A stretch of 64,000 bases of DNA from Lama guanicoe (lineage: Eukaryota), in the NCBI GenBank assembly GCA_013239625.1, contig MU053482.1, forward strand, positions 3,867,922-3,931,921, given 5' to 3'. This document shows, piece after piece, positions 36,123 through 49,699 of this stretch (positions within the stretch are counted from its first letter, which is position 1; each line of letters starts with the position of its first letter). The translations under genes and the position numbers were made by a program. Under the pieces are notes generated by a model that worked only from the letters and a program-made list of their open reading frames with translations, had not been told where the DNA came from and made no database searches.

Positions 36123-36347
36123 CAGGGGTGTACAAACTATGGCCCATGGGCCAAATCTGGCCCATCACTGGTTTGTGTACATAAAGTTTTATTGGAACAA
36201 GGTCATGTTCATTCATTTGCAGACTATCTGGCTGCTCTCCTGCCACAACCTCAGAGTTGGGTATTTGCCACAATGGCGACTACATGGTCTGTGAAATCCG
36301 AAATATTTACTATCAGGCCCTTTGTAGAAAAGGTTTGCTGACTTCAG
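36123..36347 (+). mobile_element. MER58A-like hAT-Charlie MITE
   Basis: caggggtgtacaaactatggcccatgggccaaatctggccc...taaagttttattggaaca...atatttactatcaggccctttgtagaaaaggtttgctgac. Confidence 0.9.
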
Positions 36348-37790
36348 GTTTAAAGCAAAGACCAGCTGGACAGCAGGAGCAGAGGCTGGACAAGCAGGTC
36401 AGCATGTGTGCTTGGCAGGTGTGTTTGTCAGCTGGTCTCTGCTCCCGCCAGTGTGGTTCAGACTGGGTTGGGGTCAGCTGAGCTGGCTTTGGCTGCTGAG
36501 GCTGAGTGGAGCCCCCGAGAGCTTTGCCCTGATGGCATTTGGATGACAGAGGCCTTTTACTCGGGGCCCTTTATTGCTTCCCAGGTAGCGGCGTCCTTGT
36601 GCAAGGGCGCCCTGGGCTCTCCTCAGGTGAGGCTTCTACCTCTTTCAGGAGTTTTCAACATGACGAGATTTCAGCATCTAAGATTCTAGCCTCACAGTGT
36701 TGTTTTCAAAGGACCATCAGCCCTAATCTCTCCAGAGGCTTCGAGAGCTTGCTACATGCACAGGCAGTCTATTCCACCACTGAGAAACTCCAGGAAAAAA
36801 ATGGGCTTGTCTGTAGTTTCTTTCTTGCTGTCCCAGCTGCCGTCACTCAGGGAGTAATACAGAACATGTGTCCCTTTCTCCATAATGGCCCGCAGGTTTC
36901 TGAAGACTGCAGCCATGGCCCCACTCTCCTCCTCTCAGGGTGAGGGAGTTACAGATCTTTCAGCTTTCTCTGGTTTCCATCCTTTCTGAACACACAGCTG
37001 CCTGCCAATCTTCCGCTCAGCTGTTGCACCCCAAACTTCCACAACCATCTAGGGGTGTTCTGACTTAGGTCCAGATGTGACTAAAGTTCATTTCTTTCTC
37101 TGAGGAGCGACTTCCCGTATCCGTGACCTGCAGAGATGACTCCCTTGGCTCTCAGGTTAAGATCCACATTAAACTCACCTCTGAGGAAATACCCCGGCAG
37201 GATGCATGGCTGAGAAGAGTGGTAGGTGCCTCAGGGACTCTGGTGATGGAAGAGTGTTGGGGAACTTCAGGGGACTGAGAGAGAGAATGGGACCATATCT
37301 GTGCAGAACCGGATCACCTCCACACATTTCCTCCCTGGGGGAGTGGCTTTGCTGTGGCCAGTGGCTCATAGCCTTAGCTAGATGGCAGAGAAATTGATGA
37401 TCCAGAGGTGTTCTGCCACTCTGCACATCCTAAAGAAAACTGACCCAAGGAACCAGGGCCTCACTTTACATTTGGCTCTTGGGACATTGTCTCATACCAC
37501 CAAGGACCTTGTGACCTTCTGGTGGGCACTGGACAATGATTGGGTTGGCAGGGTCTGCTGCTCCAAGCACCCATGCCAGGCTGGCTTGCTTCCTTCCCTG
37601 AATCCTCTTTTAAGAGCCAGTCTTCCCTGATAGGCCTGGTGCCAGCAGGCTGCCCTTGACCTCACTGTCAGCAGAGAGGAAGTACTGAGGGGGCAAGCCT
37701 GGCTACGGCTCCCAGCAGTCTGGCTTTGAGCTTGGTATAAAAGGCCAAACAATGGCTAAATCAAGGCAGTACTGCAAATGGGATGGGTAC

Positions 37791-40700
37791 TTTTTTTTTA
37801 TTTTAAACTTTTATTGTGAGATGATTATAGATTCATATGCAGAGAAATAATGCAGAGGTCTCCTGTTCCTTTCTGCATTTCCCCCAATGGTAACATTTTG
37901 CAAACCTACAGCACAATAGCAAAACCAAGATATAAATATTGATGTAGTCAAGATACAAACCATTTCCACCCACCACCACAACCATACCTCCTATTGCCCT
38001 TTTACAGTCACACTTGCTTCCCTCCTCCCCACCTCCTCCCTTTAACTGAGACAAACACTCACCTGTCCTCCATTTCTGTAATTTTGTCATTTGAGGGATG
38101 TTATGTAAATAGAATCATACAGAACATAACCTTTTGGGATGAATTTTTTTTTCTCCCACTTGGCGTAATTCTATGGCGATCCGTCTGGGCTGCTGTGATC
38201 CATCAGTAGTTTATTCCTGTTTGTCACTGAGTAGTATGCCATGGCACAGATGTACCACAGATTGTTTAATCATTCACACTTTGCAGGACATCCAAGTTGT
38301 CTCCGTTTTTGGCCACTGTAAATAAAACTGCTATAAACATTCATGCACAGGTTTTTGTGTCAATATAAGTCTTTATTTCTCTGGTATAAGTGCAGAGGAG
38401 AGCAATTGCTAGATGGTATGGTATAGCTGAATGCTGGCTTTTTAAAGAAACTACCTCAGTGTACTCCAGAGTGGCTGTGCCATTTTACATCCCCACCAGC
38501 ACTGTCGGAGCCATGCGGTTCCTCTGCATCCTCGCCAGCATTTGGTATCGTCACTGTTTATTTTAACCACGCTGACAGGTGCGTGGTGATATCTTATTGT
38601 AGTTTTAATTTGCATTTCTGGGGTGCGCAATGATGTTGACTGAACATGTTTTCATGTGCTTATTTGCCATCTGTATATTCTCTTTGGTGACGTGACTCTT
38701 CACTTCCTTTGCCCATTTTCTAATTGGGTTGTTTTTACACTGTTGAGTTCTGAGAGTTCTTTATATATTCTGAATGTAGTCCTTTGTTGAATAAGTGATC
38801 GGCAAATATTTTCTCCCCGTCTGTAGCTTTTTTGTTCATCAGGACTTTTCACAGAGCAACCAAGTGTTTAATTTTCCATGAAGTCTAGTTTATCAAGTTT
38901 TCCATTTGTGGACTGTGTTTGAAGTGTCAAGTTGAGGAACTCATTGTTTAGCCCTAGATCCTCAAGATTTTCCCCCTTGTTCTTTTCCCCAGAGTTTTAT
39001 GGTTTTATGTTTCACATTCATGCCCATGATCCATTTTGAATTAATTTCTGTTTAACATGTGAGACTTCAGTCAAGGTTTACTTTTTTTGGTTTGTGGATT
39101 TCCAGTTGCTTCCAACTGCATGTGTTGAGAAGGTAATCTTTCATTCATTGAATTGCTTTTGCACCTTTGTCAAAAAATCCATTGGGCATATTTGTGTGGA
39201 TATGCTTCTGGGTGCTCTGCTCTGTTCCATTGATCACTGTGTCTATCCTTCTTTTAATACCACAGAGTTTTGATTAATAAGGCAGTAAGTCTTAAAACTG
39301 AACTCACTGATTTCTTTTGCTTTATTCGTTTCCAAAACTCTTTTAGCTATTCTTGTTCTTTTACTTTCCATATAAATTTTAGAATAATCTTGTCCTTATC
39401 TACAAAAAATCTCTCTGGAATTTTGGAAAGAATTGTATTAGACCTGTATATCAATTTGGAGAGAATTGACATTTCTGCTCTGTTGAGTCTTCCAATCCGT
39501 GAATGTGAAGTTTCTCCATTTATTTAATTCCTCTTTGGTTTCTTTGCTCAGTATTGTGTAGTTTTCAGCATGTAAGTCCTGTACTAGTTTTGTTAGATTT
39601 ACAGCTAAATATTTCATTTTTTGAGTGACTAAAAATAATATTGTACTTTAAATTTCTGCATTCATTGCTAGTGCATAGAAAACAGGGATTTTTGCATGTT
39701 TATCTTGTATCCTGTGACCTTGCTAAATTGAGTTATTAGTTCTAGGAATTCTTTGTAGATGCCTTGAGATCTTCTACATAGACAATCATGTCAGCTGCAA
39801 ATAGGGACAATTTTATTTCTTTCTTTCTGATCTGTATGGTTTATCTTTTCTTTGTTTGCTTTATTGCACTAGCTAGGACTTCCAGTACGCCCTTCATGTT
39901 CTTATGCTGAATGAGAGTAGTGAGAAGTGAACATCCTTAACTTGTTCCTGATTTTAGGGGGAAAGCATTCTGTTTTTCACCATTGAACATAATGTTAGCT
40001 GTAGATTTTTTGTAGATGCTCTTTATCAAGTTGAGGAAGTTCCCCTCTGTTGCTATTCTCCTGGGATTTTTAAAAAAAATTATGAATGGGTGCTGAATTT
40101 TGTCTAATGCTTTGTCTGCATTAATTGAAATGATCATGTAATTTTTCGTTTTTCGCTTGTTGTATATATTGATTGATTTTTGAATACTGAGGTAGACTTG
40201 TATCCCTAGAATAAACTCCACTTGGTCACAGTGCATGATTCTTCTTACGTATTGCCAAATTTGATTTGCTAATATTTTGTTAAGAATGTTAGCATTTGTA
40301 TTCCTGAGGGATATTGGTCTGTAGTTATCTTTTTTGTACTGTTTGGGTCTGGTTTTGGTAAAAGGTATTCTTAGCTTCATAAAATGAATTGGGAAGTATT
40401 CCCTCCTCTTCTATTTCTTGGAAGGAATTGTGTGGAATTGGTGTTATTCTTTAAATGCTTGGTGGAATTCTCCAGTGTTCGCTCGTGATTTGAATGAGAA
40501 ATCCACTGTATTTTAAACTGTTTTGTTTTTCCATACAGGTAAGGTGTTTCTTTTTTGTTCCCTTCAAAATTTTTTTTGTCTTTAATTTTCAGAATTTTAA
40601 TTATGATATATTTTGAATTTCTTTGGGTTTATCTTATTTGGGATCACCTTTGTTTCTTGAGTCTGTAGGCTTATCTATTTTGCCAAATTTAGAAAGTTTT

Positions 40701-42669
40701 CAGCTATTATTTCTTTGAATTCTTTTCCATACCTGTCCTCTTTTTCTTCTCCCTCTGGGATTCCAGTGACATGAATATTAGATGTTTTGTCATGTCTCAC
40801 AGGCCCTTGAGGATTTGTTCCCCTTTTTCAGTCTATTTTCTCTCTGTTGTTCAGACTGAGTGATTTCTATTGTTCTAGCTTTCAGTCCACTGACTTTTTT
40901 CTTCCATGCCCTTCATTCTGCTGTAGAGCCCAACCACAGAGCTTTTTATTTTGGTTATTGTGTTTTTCAGTTCTAAAATTTCAGTTTCGTTCTCCCTTAT
41001 ATTTTCTATCTCTTTGCTGAGACTTTCCAATTTTTTCATTTGTTTCAAACATTGTTATAATTGCTCATTGTAGTGTTTGTGTGTGTGTGTGGGGGGCGGG
41101 GGTTTAGCTACCTTAAGATCTCAGATAATTCTAACATTTCCAACATTTCTTTCATCTTGGGGTTGGCATTTTTTGATTGTATTTTTCACCCAGTTTGAGA
41201 TTTTTTTCTGGTTTTTGGTATGACAAGAAATGTTTGCTTGAAACCTGGACTTTTTTCTTTTTAATTGAAGTATAGTAGATTTACAATGTTGTGTTAGTTT
41301 CTGGTGTACAGCATAGTGATTCAGTTATACATATAAATATATTCTTTTCATTATAGGCTATTACAAGCTATTGAATATAGGTCATTGTGCTATACAGTAG
41401 GACCTTGTCGTTTATCTATTTTATATATAGTAGTTTGCATCCACTAATCCCAAATTCCTAATTTATTTCTCCCCCACCTTTCCCCTTTGGTAACCATATG
41501 TTTGTTTTCTATGTCTGTGAGTCTGTTTCTTTTTTGTAAATAAATTGATTTGTATCTTTTTTAGGTTACACATATAAATGATATGATACTTGTTTTTCTC
41601 TGTCTGACTTACTTCACTCAGTCTGATAATCTCTAGGTCCATCCATGTTGTTGCAAATGGCATCATTTCATTCTTTTTATGGCTGAGTAGTATTCTATTG
41701 TGTATATACACTACATCTTCATCCTGTCATCTGTCAACGGACACTTAGTTTGCATCCAAGTCTTGGCTATTGTAAATAGTGCTGCCATGAGCATTGAGGT
41801 GCATGTATCTTTTCAACTTGAAACCTGGACATTTTTGTATCATGTTGCAACTCTGGATCTTATTCATACTTCCTGCTTTAATTGGTTTTCTCTGACACAG
41901 CTCTGACAAGGGGAGGAAGGTCGCTGCCTCGTTACTGCCAGGTGGAAGTAGAGGTGCAGACTCCCCATTCAACCTCTATTGACACCATCGGAGGTGGTGA
42001 GAGTCCTGACTCTCCACTAGGCCCCAGGTGACACCACTGCAGGGAGCAGTGGAAGGATGCTTCATGGCTCCCAGGTAGGGAGGAAGGTCCAGAATCCCCA
42101 GGTGGTCCCTTTAAACTGTGGGAGGGGAGTGGTTGGCCTCATTGCTGTGCCATGGGGATGTACGTCTCAGCTTCCTGTTTGTCCTTCACTGACCCCATCC
42201 TGGCTGCGTCATTAGGGTGCCTCATCACAGCCTCACAGGAATGAAATGCTAGGTTCCCCACTCAACCAGTGCTGGCATGGATGCGAATGAGACCTCAGAT
42301 TTTTTAACGTGCTTGGCAGGAGTAGAGTGGTTATTGTCTAAAAGTTTTCTGTCTCACTGGCTGCTCCTTTTCTGGTTCTCTGGCTTGAGAGAGCAGGACT
42401 TGTTGGGGCTGTTTTTGGTTTGCATCTCTGGCATTTTCAGGATGCTAGTTTCTGTCCCTCCATGTCTAGGACATAGGACGCAAAAATAAAACCCAGGCAA
42501 CTTATCACCATCTCATCCTTGGTTCCATTGTCTCCAGCTGGTCTACCTACTTATCGCCACCTTTCAGATGCTTCTTAGGTTTGTCTTTGAATGTAGTATC
42601 AAGGGCTTTTAGTTGTACTTAGCAGGAGGGATAGGGGTGTTTAGTCTATCTTCCCAGAATCGGAAGTTC
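37791..42669 (-). mobile_element. Large ancient L1 (L1MC-like) with 3' end, ORF2 RT remnant, ORF1 remnant and 5' end; internally deleted
   Basis: Poly-T at 37791. ORF 39937-40380 contains NYRPISLRNTNANILNKILAN...HCDQVEF...MIISINADKALDKIQHPF (RT domain). The minus 5' end reads ggaacttccgattctgggaagat. Confidence 0.88.
41251..41816 (-). mobile_element. Younger L1 3' end nested in the ancient L1
   Basis: Perfect 14-bp TSD cttgaaacctggac at 41237-41250 and 41817-41830; PFATTWMDLEII peptide. Confidence 0.95.
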
Positions 42670-43799
42670 CCCTCTCTGGGGAGAGACTTTGATCCAGAAG
42701 ACATCAGTAGCAGGTCCCAACTCAAGTGAATAGGTAAGTAGTTACTTCTGACATGAAGCAATCACTGAACACTGTTCTCTGACTGCCAGTCATGGGACAC
42801 TCCAGTCAACCCATGTGTCTGTAGTTCAGACATTGACCCCGCTGTTTTGGAGTTTGGATCATAGGCTCTTTTATTCATGGAAGGAAATTTTCAGCTGCAA
42901 GCATAGAACTTTCTAGTGCCCAGCTCCACTCTCATGGGAGACCCTGTCCTGGAGAATCTGAACTCCTTCTCCTTGAAAACATTCCATCAGACACTGAAAA
43001 TCCTGGGTTGGGAAGGAGGATGCACCAGAAAGCTTCTGAGACCTTTCTAATGCTGAGATTGTGAAACTGTGAGTTCACTTGCTCTTTTCTGGATGAACTC
43101 CCTGGGGACAGAGGCCATGTGTAATTTTCCATTTGTTTGGCTCAGGTCCTGAAACTGGGCTCTGCACATAGAATGCTGTTTGTATCACTGACAGTGTGCT
43201 GAGTGGCTGAATGAGTAGTGCAGGGTCTAGTTGGCGTCCACTCAGACCAGCTACACTCAGACACATGGTGGACAAGTAGAGCTGGCTGATGCCCAGATTA
43301 TGCCGTGGACTTGGGGAAGAGTCCCCCCTCCCCCACCAGCCCTGTATGTTACATAATGCTGTGGCTCAGTCAGTGCCAGCGAGGATGCACTGACTTAAAA
43401 CTCACAGCACAGCAAATATCCTTAGAGAAGGGGTAAGCATTTCCTTTACCTTGCCACTCCATCTTTGGCTCAGGACAGTTGGTCTCTCTTGGATCGGATT
43501 ACAGCACAACGGCCAGGGCTCAGATTTAGAGATTTAGAAGTCCATTAGGTAGGGAAGAGAATCAGGTGGTAGAAAGGGCTGTTTCAGCACTTTTCTTCTG
43601 AGTCATGGGCAGACATCAGCTGATGAAATAAACCCATTAGGAAAAGAACACTGGAGAATCCCTTTCAAGAGCATTGAGGTCCTCTGGAGGAAAGAAAGCT
43701 CTGTGACTAGGAGGGGGAGTCAGGGATCTCTGGGGGAACGTGTCTTTTCAAAATGGTTTCTTCAGAAGAAATAGAGAAGGTGCTATATTTTGGATGCTT

Positions 43800-43990
43800 T
43801 CATATGGTTTATCTTGATTAAGTCTAATGGCACAAAGGTGAGTTAGTTATCAGTATCTCAGCTGTCAGGCAGGAAGCAGGCTTAAAGAGGTTAAGAAACT
43901 TCTCAGAGGTCACAAAGCTAGCAGGTGGCAGAGCTGTGATTTATACCCTGGTCTGTCTGACTCCAAAGCTCATGCTTTCATCATGCCACC
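43800..43990 (-). mobile_element. MIR SINE
   Basis: agaggttaagaaactt...ggtcacaaagctagcaggtggcagagctg...tgtctgactccaaagc. Confidence 0.75.
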
Positions 43991-44204
43991 ATTCTGGCTT
44001 TTCTAGAAGAGGAGGATCAAAAGGAGAATTTCTTAAGAGATTTGCTTTAGACATGCTGGGTTTAAGGCAATGAAGAAGGAAATGAATGTGTATTTTTCAG
44101 ATTGACCCTATTTACCACTTTCTTTGGTTGTCATTCCTTATTGCATCTCAGACCTATCTGTGATCATTGTCCTTTTGTCTTAAGCATGCTCTTTAGTTAG
44201 TGAA

Positions 44205-45664
44205 TAGATCAATCAGGGTCCAATCAGGAGAGAGAAACTACACAGTAATTTGAGCAGGGAAAGTTTAATATAAAGAATTATTTTAAAAAATAGCCATCAT
44301 TAAAAAGTCCACAAATAATAAATGCCGGAGAGGGTGTGAAGAAAAGGGAACCCTCCTACACTGTTGGTAGGATGTAGTTTGGTGCAGCCATTATGGAAAA
44401 CAGTATAGAGATTCCTCAAAAAACTAAAAATAGACTGACCATATCATCCAGCAATCCCACTCCTTGGCCTATATCCAGAGAAAACTCTAATTCAAAAGGA
44501 CACATGTCCCCTAATATTCATAGCAGCACTATTTACAATAGCCAAGATGTGGAGGCAACCTAAGTGTCCATTGAGAGATGACTGAATAAAGAAGTTGTGG
44601 TATGCGTGTATGTATAATGGAATACTACTCAGCCATGGAAAAGAAAAAATAATGCCATTTGCAGCAACATGGATGGACCTGGAGATCATCATTCTAAGTA
44701 AGCCAGAAAGAGAAAGAAAAATACCACATGATATCACTTGTATGTGGAATCTAAAAGAAAAGGAGACACAAATGAACTTATCTACAAAACAGAAACATAC
44801 TCACAGACACAGAAAACGAAATTATGCTTACCAGGGGGGAACGGGGATGGGAAGGGATAAATTGGGAGTTTGAGATTTGTAAATACTAACTACCATTGAT
44901 AAATAAATTAGCTAAAAAACAAGTTTCTTCTGTATAGCACAGGGAACTATATTCAATACCTTATAGTAACCTATAATGAAAACGAATATGAAAACCAATA
45001 TATGTGTGTATATGTATGACTGGAACATTATGCTGCACATCAGAAATTGACACAACATTGCCAACTGCCTATACTTCAATTAAAATAAAAGAATTATTAA
45101 CTATAATAAGGACTTAGAGTAGTAAGGGGTTGGTTAATAAGTAACAAAGAGAATTTGAAAAAATACAGGAATAGCAGATAGCAGGGGTGGCCAGCACTCC
45201 TAGGGCTGAGATAGAATGCTCAAGAATCAGTCCCCCAGGGCTGATACCCAGACCTTGCTGGAGGGAGTGTGGCCACGGCTCGCTCGCGAATGGCAGAGAA
45301 GCTGCTGTGGTACCGCACTGGTGGAACTTGCTGGAGATCTGTCCTCTAGGTGGCCAGGGGAAGCTGTTCATCGGGAGCTGTCTATGATGCCACCTGAGGT
45401 GGGTGCTGAGGAAGCTGCTGGGTGCTGGGTGCTGCTGATGGTCCTGCTGTGGAGGAGCCTGGTATCAAAGAAGCTGGGCTGAGAGGTTAAGAACTAGAAC
45501 CAGGAAGAAAACCTCCTCTGCAGCATCTCTCCAGTGCCCTCTATTGACAAAGCTGAACATGATGCCAGCTGGCAAAAGAATACTGTTTAAAGAGCCGATC
45601 TCCACTTTTGCAGAGAAGAAGGCTGAATTTGGAGCCAAGAAGCAGTAAATTGATAATTGGCACC
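44205..45664 (-). mobile_element. ERVL-type solo LTR (LTR41-like) split by an L1
   Basis: cagggtccaatcaggagagagaaactacacagtaatttgagcagggaaagtttaatataaagaattatt continues at 45099 as aactataat...; ends ...tgataattggcacca. Confidence 0.7.
44283..45087 (+). mobile_element. 5'-truncated cetartiodactyl L1
   Basis: ORF2 C-terminal region (IMPFAATWMDLEIIILS) plus 3' UTR. TSD aaagaattatt at 44272-44282 and 45088-45098. Confidence 0.95.
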
Positions 45665-45699
45665 ATGAGGGTCTTCTGATGACACCTGTCTCACTCTGC

Positions 45700-47040
45700 G
45701 TCTGAAAGTTGCACCCCCATCCTTGATACAAATCTTGCTGGCTGTACAGTTTATTTTTTTTCTTAGAACCTGAGGGTATCATTGCATTGTCTTTTGGCTT
45801 TCTTTGAGAAGTCACCTGTCAGTTTGATTGTTTGCCTTTTGTTTTTCTCATGGTGATTTTAAAGCCTTTGATGTTTTGCAGAGTCAGTATGTCCAGAAGT
45901 GGATTTTGTTTTAATTATTCTGCTTGGAATTTGCTGAATCTGAAGATTAATGTGTTTTTAGTTTTGAAAAAGTCTCAGCCATCAGATCTTTTCAGATGAT
46001 GCTTGTCCCCGTCTCTCTCTCCTCTCATTTTGAAGCTTTGGTGAGATGTAAGTTAGACCTTCTCATTTTAGCCTCCATGCCTCTTAAGCTGTCTTTCATA
46101 AACTTTCATATATTCAGAAAGTTTTTTTTTACTTCTTTGCTGCATTTTGGGTAATTTTTTTCAGATTTGCCTATGAGTTGATGAAATCTCTCACTAGGTG
46201 TGTCCAATAGTGTTACATCCATTGATTGACTTTTGGTTTCAATTATTAAAAATTTTTTTGTTTGTAGATGACGTATTTGATTCTTTTTCAAGTCTGTTTG
46301 GTCATGTTTATAGTTCTTCCTACTCTTAATTTTCATCTTCTTCTTATTTCTGAACGTATCAAGTATATTTTTTACTTTGTGTCTGTTAATTCTAAAATCT
46401 TAAGTTTTTATGGATATGATGAGGTGGAGGCTGTTTTACTTATGGTGTCATGTTTCCTTGTGATTCTGCTTTTTTATGAGTATAATTATACTTCCTTTGG
46501 AACTCTATCTTTAGAAATTATCTGAGGCCTGGGTTGAAGATGAGTTTCTCCAGAAAGGATTTGTTTGTCTCTCACAGGCTCCTGGGGACACTATTAAACA
46601 AGGACCTCTTTAAGCGATTCTCAACTTGAGGTTTTGTGGACAATCCAGGTAATAAAAATTTGAGCTTCAAATCCCGATTCTGACCTGGGTTTGTAGTTGC
46701 AGTTCTCAGAAATTTTTTATCCTCTCCACCTAGAGTCCAAGGTCTGTCCCCGCTGGCGAGGGTACGGGGTGTTATTTCTGTTTCGCCCTTTGAGGACATA
46801 GCCCTTTGATTCCTAGCTTCAAGCAGGGGGCAGTGTTTCTCCTACGGGACTGCCCATTTTGGACCGGCCATAGCCTTTGTCTCTTGTCTCCTATAAACCA
46901 CTGGGCCACAAATATTGGAGCAGAAGATCACCTGGGTTTGCCAAATGCCCTGTGGGAAACATGGGCTTCAGTTTCCTCTTAGGTTTCCATCTTATTTTGG
47001 CCCCTGAGAATTTTTTTACTTTCTTCTTAAATCCTTTATT
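45700..47040 (-). mobile_element. Very old L1/HAL1-like ORF1-region remnant
   Basis: T-rich strand bias and ORF1-region-like motifs (ttttgaaaaagtctcagcc, gttagaccttctcatt). Confidence 0.5.
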
Positions 47041-47397
47041 TCCAGGCTTTACGTAGCATGGTGGAGGGTTTGTCAGAATACGGAGTTTGCTATAATAAGA
47101 AGCAGTAGTTTGAACTAGGCTAGATATAATGCTGCACTTAGTCCTCATGATAATCTTGGGATTATTAGCTCAATTTTTTCAGCCCAGAAAGTTGAGTCTC
47201 AAGGAGTTTATGTAGGTAGCAAATAACGGAGCAGGGCTGGGACTTAAATCTCTACTTTCTGGCTCCACTTCATCCTTTGTCCTTCCCACCACACTACTCT
47301 GGTTCCGTGGTTTCCTCTCTTTAGGTAATGTGAATTTTAGAACTCTTTGGGATTTGGGCTAAGCCCAGAAGTGCGCTGAGAATTCTAGAGAAGTCTT

Positions 47398-47509
47398 AAA
47401 ATTTTTTTTTCTTTAATTAAAAAAATTTTTAAATGGAGGTACTGGGGGCTGAACCCAGGACCTCATGCATGCTAGGCACGCACTCTACCACTGAGCTGTG
47501 CCCACCCAC
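47398..47509 (-). mobile_element. tRNA-derived camelid-type SINE (vic-1-like)
   Basis: Antisense agctcagtggtagagtgcgtgcctagcatgcatgaggtcctgggttca. Perfect 14-bp TSD tctagagaagtctt at 47384-47397 and 47510-47523. Confidence 0.92.
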
Positions 47510-48189
47510 TCTAGAGAAGTCTTTAATTCTTCTATCACTTGACTGAACGCAGTCCAGCTTCTCTTGAGGGTGCCCACTTTTATGACAGTGGAAGACCCAG
47601 TAAGGACTGTCCATACTGGCCAAGTGGGGCATCATGGCCGCAGCCCACATGTCCCCAGAGATCTGTGGGGAGTGAGGGAGCGGTCTCCTTTGCAGGGTAC
47701 CGTCCCACTGCATGTGGTTTACAGAATGTGCTCTGGGTTCCAGAGCCCCCGTGGGAATAGTGTGCTCCAGCAAGGCCCCACCTTTTCTCCCTCCCTCCTT
47801 TCTTCTTTGTCTGCCTTTCACCTCTTTCTCCCCTCTCTTACCAGGGAATTCAGTATAAACTCCAGGTGTTGACTCTTTGTGTCAAACAGACTTCAACATT
47901 GAACACGTCAGAAGTACACATTCTGTATTTCTTCCAGGCTTGGAAAGAACTGGGGCCAATTAAAAGTGAACTTTTAAGAGAAATGAACATCTTGCATGCC
48001 AGGTTTCAACTGAATGTCACTGCAATTGCCTGAATTATAAACATCAGAAAAAAAATACATTCTAATTTTGAAAATGCCGTTAGGAGGAGTTCCTTCTGCC
48101 TGGAAGCTTAAAAAAACGACTAGCACCCCTACCTCCACTCTATCTCTTAACACAATTTTTGTGATTCAGAGGGAAAGAAGACAGTGTTC

Positions 48190-48410
48190 CGTACTGAAAA
48201 GAAAATTTGTACCAAACAGAACCTGGGTTTGGATCCTAACTCTGTCATTTGTTGGCTGTGTGACCTTGGGCAAAACAGTTGACCTCTCTGACCCTCAGTT
48301 TCTACATCTATAAATGGAGGATAATAATACCAACTCCATGAAGGTGTTGTCAAGATTAAATGAGGTGGCACATGGGATATACACAGCATCTAGCCTGGCA
48401 CATAATGGAT
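48190..48410 (+). mobile_element. MIR SINE
   Basis: gctgtgtgaccttgggcaa...cctctctgaccctcagtttctacatctataaatggaggataataatac. Confidence 0.88.
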
Positions 48411-49699
48411 TGCAAAATTGAGAGGATGGAGAGGGAGGGACTAGGATAATATCCTAAGACAGAAGAGAGAGCTTTGATGCAAGTAATAGCTGACACAGTT
48501 ACTAATTTAAGCATTTTTTCACTCCAGTGATCTCTACACATTCGTTAAGACTTGGAGAGTCACACACTCATTTAGATATTACTCTTTGGTGCCTATAGGC
48601 ATGGGTGACAAACTCCATGCAGGAGAAGACGAAGACACTTAGAATTCCACCTTCCCATAGAATCTTGGCTCTGGGAGGACTTCTGCTCCCTGTTCTTGCT
48701 GATATCTGGTTTGCTCTCAAGAAGGTACCTCTCTGCTGTGGGAGAGTATCTCTTCCCTCCCCAAACCCTGGTATAATCTGGATCAATCTTTTCTGACAAG
48801 CAGGTCTTGGGCCCTGATGGCTGGGAAAAAGCAGATTTACTGCAGAGTTCAACAGATCCATACACTTGTCAGGCATTGCTTATAGGCAGGTGTATCTTAA
48901 AATTATATATTCACATATATTGCAAATATGTAGGTGCTCTTGTGAAAGTAAAAATACTTAAAGACAGTAGTAGATTCACAGAAGCCTTGTGAATTGTTTT
49001 CTCAGTCAATGAATACTGAAAGTACAAACTTCTGGGTCTGAGAATATATTGTATTTCTTTTAAAAGGAAATGACTAGGGATATGATGAAAGACTCACATC
49101 TTGGTGGGCTGACCTCCCGTGCACTCTTCCATCTTCTCAATCTATGAGGCTGATGCTGAGGAAGGTGACAGTATCATCTCCACCTGCCAGGGAGGCACCT
49201 TTTCGGAGGACAACTATGGCCCAGCTATGCCTCCAGCTGTTTTCCCTGTACCCTCTGGAGGGCTCATTAGCTGGGTATTGAGTGCTTGGACCCGGACACC
49301 TCAGTCCCAGCTGCGCTTGGTTGCCTTTGTGCTTGTCCTGTGCTACGAGGCTGGTCATGGGGAAAGTGGAGGCTCAGCAAAGGCCATGTTAATGATAGGC
49401 AAGTAGGGCACGGAAAAGATCAGGAGGGCTGGAGTACCAAGAAGCAAGATGAGGAAAGGATGGTTGGGGCAGGAGCAAAAATACACCATAGAAGGTAGTG
49501 GCCAAGTGTTCTCACTCAGAAACTCTTGGGAGAGAAAATCAGAAAAGATTAACTTGTGGGGATAATCCAGCTTCCACAGTTTACCCTTTTCTCCTACTTT
49601 CCCCCATTTCCTTTTCTCTCCTACTCTCTCCCATTCCTATGGGGGCATGCTATTCCTAAGACTGATTCCATCACCATAGTTTCGTGCCCCTCCCCCCTC

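Noticed and set aside
39937..40380. Reverse transcriptase-like ORF as a functional gene
   Set aside because: A short, degenerate L1 ORF2 fragment within a broken element.
47430..47505. tRNA gene calls for the three tRNA-like sequences
   Set aside because: A-rich tails, TSDs and divergent acceptor stems indicate SINE copies rather than tRNA genes.
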